A stretch of 63,496 nt of DNA, counting the filler, from Licmophora abbreviata (taxonomy: Eukaryota): assembly GCA_900291995.1 (NCBI GenBank). It is 11 parts of 11 records of this genome, joined end to end, with 100 filler letters (N's around TTAATTAATTAA, not from the genome) between each part and the next. Parts side by side here need not be neighbours in the genome. Positions count along the whole stretch, not along the records: positions 32,727 to 34,161 come from OLMU01005350.1; positions 34,262 to 35,577 come from OLMU01005351.1; positions 35,678 to 44,975 come from OLMU01005352.1; positions 45,076 to 46,576 come from OLMU01005353.1; positions 46,677 to 50,156 come from OLMU01005354.1; 6 more parts are not named here. One strand, written 5' to 3'. Below are positions 34,001-47,158 of the stretch, piece after piece. The notes beneath the pieces are model-generated. The model saw nothing but the letters and a program-made list of their open reading frames with translations. It was not told where the DNA came from and made no database searches. Each line of letters starts with the position of its first letter. The first letter of the stretch is position 1. The position numbers were made by a program, and so were the translations under genes.

Positions 34001-37000
34001 GCTTAGCATTGATATCGTGATACTGGGGCACGTCGAATACTTCGGAATGCTGAGCACTAGCGGTGCAAAGCCTCCGGCCTCTTCGAACGTTTCAGCGAAC
34101 ATTGGCGAGCTCTGCAACATGAGAATCATCAGGCGAAGCACTGCTGATGCCGAAGCTTCCTNNNNNNNNNNNNNNNNNNNNNNNNNNNNNNNNNNNNNNN
34201 NNNNNTTAATTAATTAANNNNNNNNNNNNNNNNNNNNNNNNNNNNNNNNNNNNNNNNNNNNCTGTAACCACCGCCGGCCTGCAGCATTTCCAGGTTTGGG
34301 GGATGTCGACGGACACTTTCTCTTATGAGGCGAAGTGCCAAAGTGAGACTTCTTGTAGAGCGTGCCGCGTTGACGATAGGCATCATCACACTTGGACCAC
34401 CAACCCACTGAATATTGTCGGCAAATGACCGAGGGCAAATAATGCTTCCGTTCCCGTACACCATTGCGTCGGTGGATATCGCATCGTTTGAAGGGTTGAT
34501 CCGGGCTATGTTCACAAGACGTAGAGAGGAATTTCGCCTGCTGCTCGGATACGAGCCGTCTCTCGTGCCTGTATCCGCAGTTCCAGCTCGATACCCAAAG
34601 AGAATTTGATCCGGAGAGACAACATATTGTAGCCCCAGAAAAGACAGCGAGTCCGATTCTGACCCTTGCCCCGCAGCATGTGCAGACCGTCGGTCACGCG
34701 TGACGGTACCCGCTGCTTCCAGTCTAGGAATACCCCGTCTTCTCAAAGCACCAGCCACGCTGCCTTGCTCGCCATTCTCAGCCAGCATTGCAAATGTAGT
34801 GGTGCCTGTTGCCGCCAGCGAGAGTCTCTGCGGTCTATCGCCCCAAAACATTCCCTCAAAATCCGGACCGAGCGTGAACACAGCAGTCGCATCCAGGTGG
34901 GAAAGAATCGTGGACAGCATCAACGTCGGGCCCAGCTCCCAAGCTGGAAGGGACCCCCGAACATGGCCACTAACGGCAAGGCCAGGATTCGGCGATCCTA
35001 TATGAACCTTTGAATTAGGGGGCAAATTTACAGAATCGACCCGAACCTCCGCTTCAAGCGGTCGACCATCAACGCAAATCCCGAGCAATGACTTCCTGGC
35101 AAGCATCGATCGCTTAGGAGGTAGAAATGAAACAACAATGTGGTGCCAGACTCCGTATTGGAGCGGCGACACAGGAAACCACGTCGGCTCATTGCGATGT
35201 GACGCGGAAGTCAGAACAGAGAATCGCTGGTTCTGCACGTCATACCACAAAGACATATATTCTTTGGAAGGAGATCCTGAGCCTGTGGCGCCGGAGATGT
35301 CAAGCAGGAAAACACTGCCAGATGCATCTTCCTCTGATTCGCCAAGCCGTAGCCAAGCGCAGAAGCTGAACCCGGACGTAATGAGCGGGGTCCAAACTCG
35401 CTCTCCCGACGACGAAGCAGCCGCTGTACCGGCGGTCGCGATCCCTCCGGGCGTTTTCGCTGAAGAGTCAATACATTCTATCTCGAGAAACTTCAAGCTC
35501 CCTTCCTCAGCCATCGCACGAAGTCTTTCCTCTACTGGGATATTTTCGAAGTAAAGCGATGCATCGCTAAGAGAGCCNNNNNNNNNNNNNNNNNNNNNNN
35601 NNNNNNNNNNNNNNNNNNNNNTTAATTAATTAANNNNNNNNNNNNNNNNNNNNNNNNNNNNNNNNNNNNNNNNNNNNGTTAGTGGACGAGGCAGTTTCGC
35701 CATCTTGATTAGAATTGAATCGCACATGCAGAGCTGTACGCATCGAAAAGGTCGCCAACTCCCGCAAATTTTCTTGCGTACTAATTTCGGGGCGTTCTCC
35801 ACCGTAGACTTGGTCGTATTCACACAACAAGGGCACCGTCCGAACCATGAGATCTTCGACAATATCAAAGGCAGCTGGATTCGTTGCCAGTTTGGCGTCA
35901 TTTTGGTTATTGTCGTTGCCCTTATCTCTTGCACCATCGCCAAGAACGTCCCCTTCACCGCGGCGGTCTCCTGGAACAAAAGTCACATCCGTCTTGCAAC
36001 ATGCTAGTATCGTGACCAGCTCCAAGAGTTTCTTGGGGTACACTGCATTCAATACAGCATAGCAGAGTACATGATATCCCCCAGCCGCATCAAAGTCCTT
36101 TAAGAGTTCCAAACAATGATGATTGCACGAGTGCACCACAAGCTGCACCACTGTTGTGAATGCCACATTCCACAACCCACTCGTTTCTGCATTGCTCCCA
36201 TACAAACAGAGAGTTGTAGTACTAGAAGTACTACTACTCATGACTTGAGTCATACCCACGAGTTCCTTGACATCATCCGTCATGTGAACAATCATTTTCC
36301 GATCGTGCAAGAACCATACGAGCGATGTCGACAGACAATTTTCGCTAAAGGCCACAATTACGTCGCTCGCAGCCTTGGCCACGTGCACACCGGATTTGGG
36401 ATAACTGGCCCCGCTCAATGCCAAGAGTCCAAACAAATGAGGACGCAACTGTTCACCGACACTGGGGTCCGTACAAAGGAGACGAAGCAACTTGCTGACC
36501 TTTTTGGTGGCTCTCGTACTAATGGAAGCAATGGTAACAGAGGATGACTGAGTCTCGTCGGTGTTGTCATTTTTCTTGAGCAGTGTATTGGCATGTTGGA
36601 GTTCCAATACGCGCAGCAATCTCAAACAGTGAATGAGATTAGGAGGCAATTCATTCTCCACACATCGTAGTACAAACTTGTCGACGGAACAATTTTCCAG
36701 CAAAACGTCCATGTCAGTCGAAGTGGTAGAAGTACTTTCTGTAGCAGCACTAGCACCGAATCGTTCCGTCGTCGCAGCGGTGTCGGCTCCTCCAAGTAAA
36801 TGCAAAAGTTGTGACTTCCATTCTCCCTTTGAACTACTGCTGCTCTTGCCTCCTCCTCCCTTGGCCGCCATGACAATCTTTTGAACGTTGTCTCCCAAGT
36901 TTCGTGCAGCGACACTGACGCGTCGCTCCATTTCAGCGCTCTGCTGTGCCTGTTGATGTCCACCGCCTCTGGCCATGAAGGACATAAAGCCGCCATCAGA

Positions 37001-37427
37001 GGAACGCGTTGTATGCGAGGAAGAGCGATGAGAGCTGAGGATCATGGAAAGCGACACAAGTATGAAGAGAGGGGTGAGAGACAAGGCAAGAGACATTTCT
37101 TCCATCGAAACTAGAACAAACAAGCAAAATCGAAATCTGCTCTTTTCCTTCGACTGGCTCCAGGCCCGTCCTCAGTCTTCCCCATTGCTCTCTAGTGGCT
37201 TAAGGATCATTCGCCGATTTGCGGCAGCCCAAACAAACAGTCCATGGCGTGTTTCTTCCGACAATAAATTCTTGTACTCACACTGGTCCTCCCCGTGTCG
37301 TCGTAGAATTCTGCGTAGAATCGGTACTATCAGTGACAGCGGCATCCTCGCGACGACCAGTGGAAGGATTTTCCTGCGACGCCTCGTCGGTGTTTTGCTT
37401 GTTGCCAAACAAGCCCCACGACCTCAT
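31073..37427 (-). CDS. Large BEACH-WD40 protein (WDFY3/LvsA/SPIRRIG-like), fragments across four contigs
   Basis: TLPTWAKGD...[23 protein letters not shown]...QIQNFGQTP plus WD40 repeats (intron about 32436-32513); helical region 32727-34161; LamG-like region 34262-35577; N-terminal region with predicted first exon 37282-37427. Confidence 0.85.
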
Positions 37428-37799
37428 TGTGTTATTTAATTGAATGTGTTCAAAAACGGCAGCAGTCTCTCGGCTCTAGACGCCATTACTCATGAGATGA
37501 TAGATGACTTTGGTCTCGTTCCAGGATTGTCATCTCGTCGACTTGGGCGCGGCGCGCGATCGCGCCCGTTGAAAGACATTCATCCTTATGACTCTGATCG
37601 CGTATTGGGCCTTTATGATGTTTTGGGAAAGAGAACCCGGAATTCATTTTTTTGTCAACCTCCTGCGTACCGATAAGCAACGACAATCAAATGATATGAC
37701 GAGACAGAGTATTATACGCATAGATTACATGGAGGATAACGCAACAGTAACAGCAACAGCAACAGCTGCAGCAACAATAACACTAATCTTGCTTGCATC

Positions 37800-39385
37800 T
37801 CATATGTTCTCTCCCGAGTTTTCAAAGGACGCTTGTATGTGACTGTCAAAGTCGCTCGTCCCTGTCATTTGATTCATACCAATACTCGGCTGTTCTGTTA
37901 CATCCACAAATTGACCAATATTCTTCGCGGGAACTCCCACTGCCACAGAGTGCGGAGGAAGGTCAGAAATCACCAACGTACCCGCTCCTACTTGCGAACT
38001 TTCACCGATATGGACATTGCCCAAAACGGATGCACCCGCTCCCAGCAACACGCCGTTGGCCACCTTGGGATGACGATCGACTCCCTTCTTACCACTCCCA
38101 CCCAACGTGACGTGATGCAAAATACTGCAATTGTGACCCACCGTCGCCGTCTCGCCAATGACGATCCCCGTACCGTGATCCAACATGATGCCGGAGCCTA
38201 GCGTGGCATTGGGGTGAATGTCTATTTGAAAGTTCTGAGACACTTGCGATTGCAAGTAATGCGCCAACACTTCTCGTCGTTCCTTCTTGCGGTACATGTA
38301 ATGTGCCACACGGTGTGTCTGGAGGGCATGGAATCCCTTGAAATACAAGAATACATCGGGCAGACAGGTACATGCAGGATCGCGGTCGCGCACGGCCATA
38401 ATGTCTGCACGGAGACTCCGTCGAAAGTCGGGAGAATGGTCTAACGCTTCCAATATCAACGACTGGATCTGTGTTGAGATCATGGCAGGACTGCTCAGTC
38501 GGTTGGCCAAATGAAAGGCCAGAGCCGACTCGAGCGTGGGGTGATTCAAAATGGTAGAGTGCATAAAGCTCACCAGCAGAGGTTCTCGTTGTGCCTCTCG
38601 AAAGGCCTCGTACCGCATCAAGTCCCAGACTGCGTCGACCGTGTCGGAATAGACACTGGAAGGAATACTCAAGTCAATGTTGGGATATAGCAAGAGAGGT
38701 TGTTGTTGTTGTTGACCACCACCATCACTTGAGAGAATCGACTGTTGTGCACCAATGAGGGAGGCATCTTCTGGAATACCATTTCCGTGTCCATTTTCTG
38801 CTCCTCCTTGATTCAAAAAGGTTGTCACACTCTGTCGATGATCGTCGTGTGGATCATCATTGTTACTATTCGAATAATGTGCCTCATCCCAAACGGCACC
38901 ACGTAACAACTTGCTTTCTTCATTGCTCGAAACTAACTTCTTCGTTCGTACCCAACGTTCGGAGCGAGGCGCTACTGCAGCAGCAGTAGTATCATAGCTG
39001 GTGCTGGGTGCCAGCGTTCTCACTGGCATGTGTGCCATCCAATTTTGAGAGGCCTCGTCGCGGCTTGCAATACTATTGGTAGCTTCCGACTCGTCATTCA
39101 TACCGGTACGACCATGTGTACTCGCATCATCGTCACTCTGATGAATGGGAGCGTTCTTTCCCAATCCAAAACTATACATTCCACCAGTAGTCCTAGTATC
39201 TGGATTGTCATTCTCGTCATTCGATACGAATAAGCATGTGGACGACGTCGATGGACGGTCGTTTACAAGAAGTGCCGGTACTACCGCTTGTTGTGAGAAA
39301 GTTCGCTGTTTGCACAAAGTGAGCTTTTGTCGACCACCCCTCGACATGCACTATATTCCACAATACTATAGAAAAAACCGCAAGC
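37800..39385 (-). CDS. SAT: Serine O-acetyltransferase, probably organelle-targeted
   Basis: RDRDPAC, FKGFHALQTHR, DIHPNA..G.GIMLDHGTG.VIGETA, TLGGSGK...RHPK, VGVPA. Start uncertain (frame discordance near 39270-39330). Confidence 0.92.
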
Positions 39386-39726
39386 ATTGGGGTTGCTTGT
39401 AGAGTCCTTGGAAGGCCACCAAATGACAGTCGTTTCCACATGGTGCGTATGCGTTGTGGTTCCTGGTTTGGAATTATGTTGCTTCTGTTGGGATGTGTCG
39501 CATGCGACATGTGCAGAACAAGTACTGTGCGTGTGCTATCGTGGCGGTTCTATAGTACGATAGAGACAAAAAGACTTTCCCTCGAACATGCACACACAGA
39601 CAAGCGAGCTGTTACTCCTTACTAAAAACCGTCTACGTAAATTTCAGTACTCCATTGTACGTGCATCACTACCGCACGTTGTATTGCCTCCCCACACACA
39701 CTCGTCCCACCGGACCACAAGAGACC

Positions 39727-40928
39727 ATGGGAAAATACGTTCAGGTGCGTCAAAGGAATCGTTTTGGAGTAGATTTGGGACACAGGATAGGACCATTGTA
39801 GGAGTGTGCTGCAGCTCTCGAAAAGAGACTGACTGAAAAGGGCAGAAAACGAAGCAATGAAGCCGTGGTTGCCGTTGTCTGGTCCTTGTTGGGCTATCGG
39901 CAGGAGGAAGCTTGTTTGTAGACTACCGCCCTTTCTTTCGTCGATCTAACCTTTGCAGTGACTTTCTCTTTCTCTCTTTTCGTTCGAATTTTCCTTTCAC
40001 CGGTCGTGTCGTGTCTACTTCCCCCGCAAACCATCATGTGACACACTCGACACAATCCACTCTACCCCGTCTACTTCCATTTCCCTACAATGTTGGTTTA
40101 TGCGATGCCACTCCTTCGTTGACTGTGGATAATGCATACTTTCCCTGTACATCATGACTTCTACTACTACAGGCCCAACGTAAGGGTAAGGGATCGGTCT
40201 TTACGTCCCACACGCGCACCCGCAAGGGTGCCGTGAAGCTTCGGCCCCTGGACTATGCCGAAAAGCATGGTTACATTCGTGGCGTCGTCAAGGAGATCTT
40301 GCACGACCCCGGTCGCGGCGCTCCCATTGCCAAGGTGCAGTTCCTGAATGCCTACCGCTACAAGCGCGATACGGAACTGCTGCTGTGTACCGAAGGCATG
40401 TACACGGGACAGTTTATTTACTGTGGACGCAAGGCGACTCTGACGGTTGGCAATGTCTTGCCTCTCTCCGTTGTTCCCGAGGGAACCATTGTGTGCAATG
40501 TCGAAGCCAAGGTTGGTGATCGGGGCTCCTTTGCTCGTGGCAGTGGTGCCTACGCCATTGTGGTGATGCACGATGAAGACAAGGGTACCACTCGTCTTCG
40601 TTTGCCGAGTGGAGGTAAGAAGACAGTCCCTTCCAACGTCCGTGCCCAGATTGGTATCGTCGCTGGTGGAGGACGTACCGACAAGCCTTTGCTCAAGGCT
40701 GGACGTGCCTACCACAAGTATGCCGTGAAACGCAACTGCTGGCCCAAGATTCGTGGTGTGGCCAAGAACCCCGTGGAGCATCCTCACGGTGGTGGTAACC
40801 ATCAGCACATTGGTAAGCCATCGACGTGTGCTCGTGACCGGCCCTCTGGTCGCAAGGTCGGTCTCATTGGAGCCCGTCGTACTGGACGTCTCCGTGGTAT
40901 CAAGAAGACGGCACAAGATAAGGACTAA
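39727..40928 (+). CDS. RPL8: 60S ribosomal protein L8 (uL2)
   Basis: [52 protein letters not shown]. Inferred 18-nt first exon (MGKYVQ) and intron 39745-40172. Confidence 0.95.
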
Positions 40929-41079
40929 ACGCAAAAATGTACCTGCTGCTGCTGTGCGTGGCTACAACTTATGAGTCAAGTGATAATGCTAGACTTGCCG
41001 TTTCGAACAAAGCCTCTTTGTAGCAGTATGTTGGTTTCGTTGATGTTTACATTGGTTCTAGCTCTACAGTAGCTCGCTT

Positions 41080-43914
41080 TTATAGAAGTCTATCGGCGTT
41101 GGATAACCGCTCCAGTGCTCGACGCACGCCTCGCTGCGTGAGCTCCGTTACGATTTCATCCAACATGGTGCGTTCCGTCTCGTCCAAGTTCGAGATGGCT
41201 TCGGTCAGTGCATCTTCGAGTGCTCGGTCGCGACTCGAGTTTGACCCTTGTCGAAGTGTAGATACTGTGTTTCCCACAAACTGCACGACGCTCTGAGCTG
41301 CGTCGCTGCTCAAGACAGTGTTACTGCGTCCTAATGCTCCACTTCGAATGGCGGTCAGTAACAGCTCCGCACTGCGAGTGCTAAAGACTCCCTCTCCACG
41401 AACGAATTCAGCGACTTCATTTCCAAAGAACTCTTGCGCGGCCTCCGCCAAGCCAATGGCGTAAATCTCTTCGTCTTGCGAAAGTTTTGGTGCGGCCAAG
41501 TCAGCCAGTTCGTTCAAGGTCATGAGTGCGACTGCAGGGGTGCCGAGGCCCTCGCCAGAGAGGGTCGGCAGCAGCAAGGGAAGTGGAACCTCATCTAGTT
41601 TTGGGCTGGGAGGGAGAATATCACCCAGAAAGGGCAGAGACGGGAGTCTTGGTGGCGTCAGCGATACCACAGCCTCGCTGATTCCCTTGCGGAAGACCTG
41701 TCGGCTCAAAATGTCAACAATATTGTCAACTTCCGTTTCGAGCAGGTTTCGAAGACTCTCCGCCTTATCGGACAGAATAAACTTGAGGCCATCCGTAAAA
41801 CTGATCCCGCCCTCTGGGACAGCATCCAAATCGACAAAGGCGGCTCCTTCCTGCGTCGACACGGCACCCGCGGCATTGTTGAGAAGCGCCAAGAGACGCG
41901 ACAGCTTGAGGTCCTTGCTGCTTCCGTCGCTTCCGCTGTACAAGACCTGTTGCAGGGCACTTTGAATCTCGGGTCGATCTTCACGGAGCAACTTGCGGGC
42001 AATGAATGGATAGCTCTCCATGATCAGTCCATAGTCGGGGTTGCCAGTCAGGGCAACGCCTTCCAACGTGACAATGGCTCGACCGAGAATTGCAAAGTAC
42101 TGCAAATGAAACGAGAAATTCGGGGTTGTAAAATACAAATGTGAGATTGTTCCGCATGTCAATCTGCATCACATTAAACAAAAGCCATATAGCTGTTTGA
42201 AACTTACCGGAGGGATGCTAAAAGGGATGTCGTTCAAAACGGTCAAAGCATCCTGGGTCATGGCCTGGAAACCTCCCACCTGACTCTGCATGGATCCATC
42301 CTCCATACCGTACAGTCTCTTGAGTTCCTCTTCGTACTTTTTGGCACCGCCTCCCTTCACGTACGGGCTGAGCGCCTTGTCCATGAGCGGGATGATGGCA
42401 GCGCGATCCGAGTCGTCAGGGAGAATCTTCAACAGAATAAAGTCGTCGACAAGGCTCGCATAGTCCTTATTGGCCAAGTGAATAACTGCAGAGATCATAT
42501 TGTCGCGGTCTGTGGGGTCTATACTTGCCATGAGACCACAGTCGATCAGAGCCAATGTATGTCCCTCTTCCGTTGGTTCGTTCAAAAAGAGAAGATTCCC
42601 TGGGTGAGGATCCGCGTGAAAGAAACCGACCTCAAAGAGCTGCGTCAAGAAAGCCTCTTGCGCCGCCGGTGTCACGTTGGCAATCTCCTCTTCGGTACAA
42701 TCGCTCAACTTGGTCCCATCCATCCATTCGCTGACCAAAAGCCGTCTCGTGCAAAGTTCATCGTACACTTTCGGCACGGTCACGCCCTTGACTTTATTGT
42801 CAATCAAGTCTTGACGCAAACGCTTCTGATTCTGTGCTTCATTGTTGAAATCGAGTTCCGTGTAGAATCCAATCGCCCATTCGTTCAAGAGGGCGACGTA
42901 GTTGGTACGCTGCTGAGGTGCGAATCGTTCCACGAGTCCCTGAAAGACTTCAGCCGCACGCCGCAACACATACAAATCTTTCGACACGGTGGACAAGACA
43001 TCGGGTCGTTGCACCTTGACAGCGACACGCGTATTGTTGCCATCGTTGAGCGTGGCCAAATAGACTTGTGCCAAGGATGCGGCAGCCACGGGTTCTTCCG
43101 AAATGGAGGTAAAGAACTGTCCGAGCGGACCACCGAGTTCTCGTTCAATCTGCTGTACCGCCACGGTCGTGTCGAACGGGACAACCGAATCCTGCAACTT
43201 GGTGAGTTCATCCAATGTGGGTTGCGGCAACACATCCGGCCTCACGCTCATCATTTGTCCCGCCTTGATAAAGGTGGGACCCAAGTCTTGCAAGTCCACT
43301 CGCGCTTGTTGACTCAGCGCTGGAATCTCCTCATCTCGAATCTTGCCATCCTTGATGAAGAGGGCCGTGAGTTTGGTGAGAAAGGGCACCGCCTTGCCGA
43401 CAAAATAGGACCACCGTTGATTCAAGGCACCCCGTTCTTTGGTCCAGTACTGTTCAATAAGTTCCTTATCATAAATCAGTGGCAAACCATCTTCATCAAG
43501 TTCTTTTTGTGTCTTGTCGAGGGCAATATACGACTTTTCCACCGTGGGCGCTTCCAGTGTCTTCATGCTGACGGCAGCATTCACAGCCGCCGTGGCCATG
43601 GCAGCAGCCGAAGCGGCACCCGAATTGGCCAACCGCTCGGCGAAGGAAGTAGAACCGGAATGGCTTTCCTCCTTTTTGTTGACATGCGAGTCTGTCTTTT
43701 TGGTGGTCGTTTCCACGTCATCCAGTGTCGATGCTGAGAGTACAGCGCGGGGCGTACTAGTACTGCCCACGGGAGCATCCGGTGGAGTAGACCTCCTGGT
43801 AGAAGTAGCTGCGAATGCGTGTCTGTGAGAAGTAGAAGTAGTCACTGTAGTAAAGGCAGAAACACTCGTCACTGCTGCCATGGCAGCAAGGACAGCAGAT
43901 GATGGGATCTTCAT
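41080..43914 (-). CDS. Plastid-targeted ABC1/UbiB atypical kinase
   Basis: Signal peptide + VSA-F; LGPTFIKAGQ, AAASLAQVY, VAVKVQRP, FFHADPHPGN, IDCGL. Intron 42100-42207. Confidence 0.9.
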
Positions 43915-44382
43915 GGTTGATTTTCTTTTTCTGAGTTCGAAGAAATTAGAAAAGGAATGCTTTCGGAGACCTTGTTGCTTGCGGTGTTTGTGTCTCTTTT
44001 CTTTTTCTTCTATGAGACTCTCACAATGTCACTATACTAAGCTGACTGCCGATTGAACTGTTTCAGCAATCGTATGTATGGGAATGACAGTGTGTTATGA
44101 ACGAGTAGTGACCACGACGACGACGACAAGCACACGTTCCAAGTTTTGTTCTGTGCTGGAGAGAGCGGAAAAAAGCCACGTCATCTCTAACAGCCTTTTT
44201 GGCGGGAAATCTCTTGTTACAAGTTTTATGGAGCGCGAGCTCGAAAAGTAGAAACGAAAAGTCAATCCGAAACAGTGAGACGGAACACCCGTGTTGTGTA
44301 GCTACACCTGAAGTCTATATGATACCAGGTAGCATCGACAAAGTACAGCTTTAATTCCGACCTCTCTAGAGAGGTCTACTCC

Positions 44383-44975
44383 TCATCGTCCCAGTTCTCC
44401 CACATAAATACTCTTATCGGACGACCCGGAGGCAATGACATTCTCCTTGGGATGAAAGACAACCGTATTGACACAGCCCTTGTGACCCGGCAACAGATAG
44501 AGCTCTTCGGCACTGAGTTCATCCCAAATGTGCACCATACGGTCGGCACTCCCACACGTCACCATACTCCCATCGGGCGACCACGCGCACTTCAACAGTC
44601 CCTTCTCTGCATTGTGCGTGGCGCCGCGAAAGGTCTTGTCCAATCGCTTGTTGGGGTTGGTCGTGAAGGGACGAATGTCCCAAGACTTTAAGGATCCATC
44701 CATGCTGTTGCTTAATACGTGTGTTTGTTGGTGGTTGAGTGAAAGGTAAGTAATGGTGTCGTCGTGACCTTGGAGAGACATGGTCTTGTGCAGTTTCCGC
44801 GTATCCCACGCATGAATCGCATTGTCAATACCCCCCGAGTACACGGCATGTTGATTGTAATTGTAGGCCACGGACGTGACTGCACACGGATACGACTCAA
44901 GACTATCATTCTCATTCTGTAATACACCCGTAGCTTTCTTGACTCTCATATCCCACAGCAAGACGCTTCCATCGT
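44383..44975 (-). CDS. SNRNP40: U5 snRNP 40 kDa WD40 protein, 3' part
   Basis: LSNSMD..WDIRPF, HNAEKGLLKCAWSPDG, LPGHKGCVN...HPKE..IASGSSDKSIYVGEL. Confidence 0.88.
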
Positions 44976-45281
44976 NNNNNNNNNNNNNNNNNNNNNNNNN
45001 NNNNNNNNNNNNNNNNNNNTTAATTAATTAANNNNNNNNNNNNNNNNNNNNNNNNNNNNNNNNNNNNNNNNNNNNTCAGTCAGCAGTCTTTGAGTCACGA
45101 GTCGTTCAATCCACACATTCTCCCGAGCGACGGACGCGCAATGTGAGTTTTGGGAGTTGAGAGAGTACGTCAGCGGCCGGAAGAAGGAAAAGTGTTCGAG
45201 TGTGAGAAAGACAACCATTGCAGGTGTTGGGTCTTAGACAAGAAGGGCTCATTTGGAGACCCTTTAAAAAGGAAATTAAGC

Positions 45282-46576
45282 ATGATTCATCACGTTCTTG
45301 CTGGATGGCTGCTTTTGGTCACGCCCTGTGAAGCCTTTTCGCTCCAATTTCGTTTGAAACGCAGCGATTGTGCACATTGCAGCAAGCCGCTCACTGCCGC
45401 TGCACCTCCCGCCGTATCCAGCCTCCCGACTCGTCTTTGCGCGGCCACAGAAGAAACGATTGCCGAAGAGTCTGTGGTAGTACCCGAGGAGGTTTCACTG
45501 GATGAAATCGAGGCCATGCTCAGCAACGCTACCATCGCATCCACTACAACTACTACGTCTACGACCACGACTACCGTCGCAGGCATGCCCAATCTCATCG
45601 AAGCTCTAGAAAAAGAGGCTGAACAGGTTGCCTTGGAGGTAGTGGATGAGACTTGTGAGGTAGACATGATGTCAGGATTGCCTGTCGACGAGGAATGTGC
45701 CGATGAAGTGAAACGCGAAGGAATGCGCAATCGAATCAAGAACCTAATCAAGCGATCCATGGGAGCTGTAGCGGAAGAGGAGGAAGATGTCGATGAGGAT
45801 GACTTGGAATGGGAAGCGGAAGATGAGGCAGATGCTGGTATTGTGGGGAAATTCCGAGGAATATTCAAAAAATCGGCAGGTACGGGTATGTCAGGTACGC
45901 TAGACGGAGACGCACTGGAGAAGGGTTGGGAACGTCGTGGTAACTCGTCGGCACTCAAGCGCAACGCCGAGGTGTGGAAGTTTGCCTTGAAGGTCGTCTT
46001 TAAGACCTTGAAGTCACGCAAAGTTGGCCAAAAAGGGTGCTTCTGAAGAGGAAATCAAGGCTGCCAAAGTGTCTGCAGCGACGTTCCTTCGTGACGGGCT
46101 GTTGGAGTTGGGACCGACCTTTGTCAAGCTGGTAAGGGCCAAGCAAGCATATCATTGAGAGCATGCATCCAGCTTATCATCAACTCACCCGTTTCCCCTT
46201 CTTTTCACGCAGGGACAAGTCATTTCTACTAGGACGGATGTTTTGCCAGTAGAGTTCACCGATACGCTCAAGACACTCCAGGACGAAGTGCCAGGATTCA
46301 GCGGAGCGCGAGCCAAGGCAATTGTCTCGCAAGAACTCGGGCGTCCCTTTGACGAAATCTTTACCGACTTTTCTGCGAAGCCGCTCAAGGCCGCCAGTTT
46401 AGGTCAGGTACACACGGCATTCTATAAAGGGGAGAAGGTGGCCATTAAAGTGCAGCGTGCTGGGCTGAAAGAACTGTTTGATGTCGATCTTAAGAATCTT
46501 AAAAAGCTGGCAGAACTACTGGACAAGTTCGATCCGAAGTCGGATGGAGCGGATCGAGACTGGGTGGGGATTTACG
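45282..46576 (+). CDS. Second ABC1 atypical kinase, 5' part (frameshift near 46021)
   Basis: Signal peptide + CEA-F; LGPTFVKL/GQVISTRTD across intron 46132-46211; AASLGQVH; VAIKVQRAGLKELFDVDL. Confidence 0.85.
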
Positions 46577-47158
46577 NNNNNNNNNNNNNNNNNNNNNNNN
46601 NNNNNNNNNNNNNNNNNNNNTTAATTAATTAANNNNNNNNNNNNNNNNNNNNNNNNNNNNNNNNNNNNNNNNNNNNCGGTATCAGGTATGATAGACCATC
46701 TCGAAAACACAAAACACCGTAATATATCATAATCTCGTCCGCTCCCCCCCCGAGTCGTGATTTTGCGGTGTGTTTTGGGCCTTTATGATATTTTCTTGGC
46801 TGCATTTGTGTCGACGGCGAGGATGACAGACAAATTCTGATGGGATGTGGGTGGACCATGATGGCGCTCTTTACGTCGTTTCCGTTTGTTCTCGCCGCCA
46901 AGAGGGAGAGTGCCCCGAGAGCAAAAGGATGTGTAAAGGACGCAGAGGGAACGAGGACCATTTCGTCCTCTCAGCCACGTCTCCGCGTGTTTGTCGGCTC
47001 GGCACCCGCGTTCGCGATGTTAGTGACGCGTGACACCACGCTTCTCATCGCAGGAGGAGGGTTCGTACCATTCAAGACACAAAAAGTAACACACCATCAT
47101 AGCGATTTACTTATTAGAAAGAAAGATCGTTTACATCGTAGATATTCGCATGCGCAAG

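Noticed and set aside
31073..37427. Four separate minus-strand genes
   Set aside because: Domain order fits one BEACH protein interrupted by gaps.
40167..40934. 255-aa minus-strand ORF
   Set aside because: Antisense shadow of codon-biased RPL8.
42478..43737. 419-aa plus-strand ORF
   Set aside because: Antisense shadow of the ABC1 kinase; no motifs.
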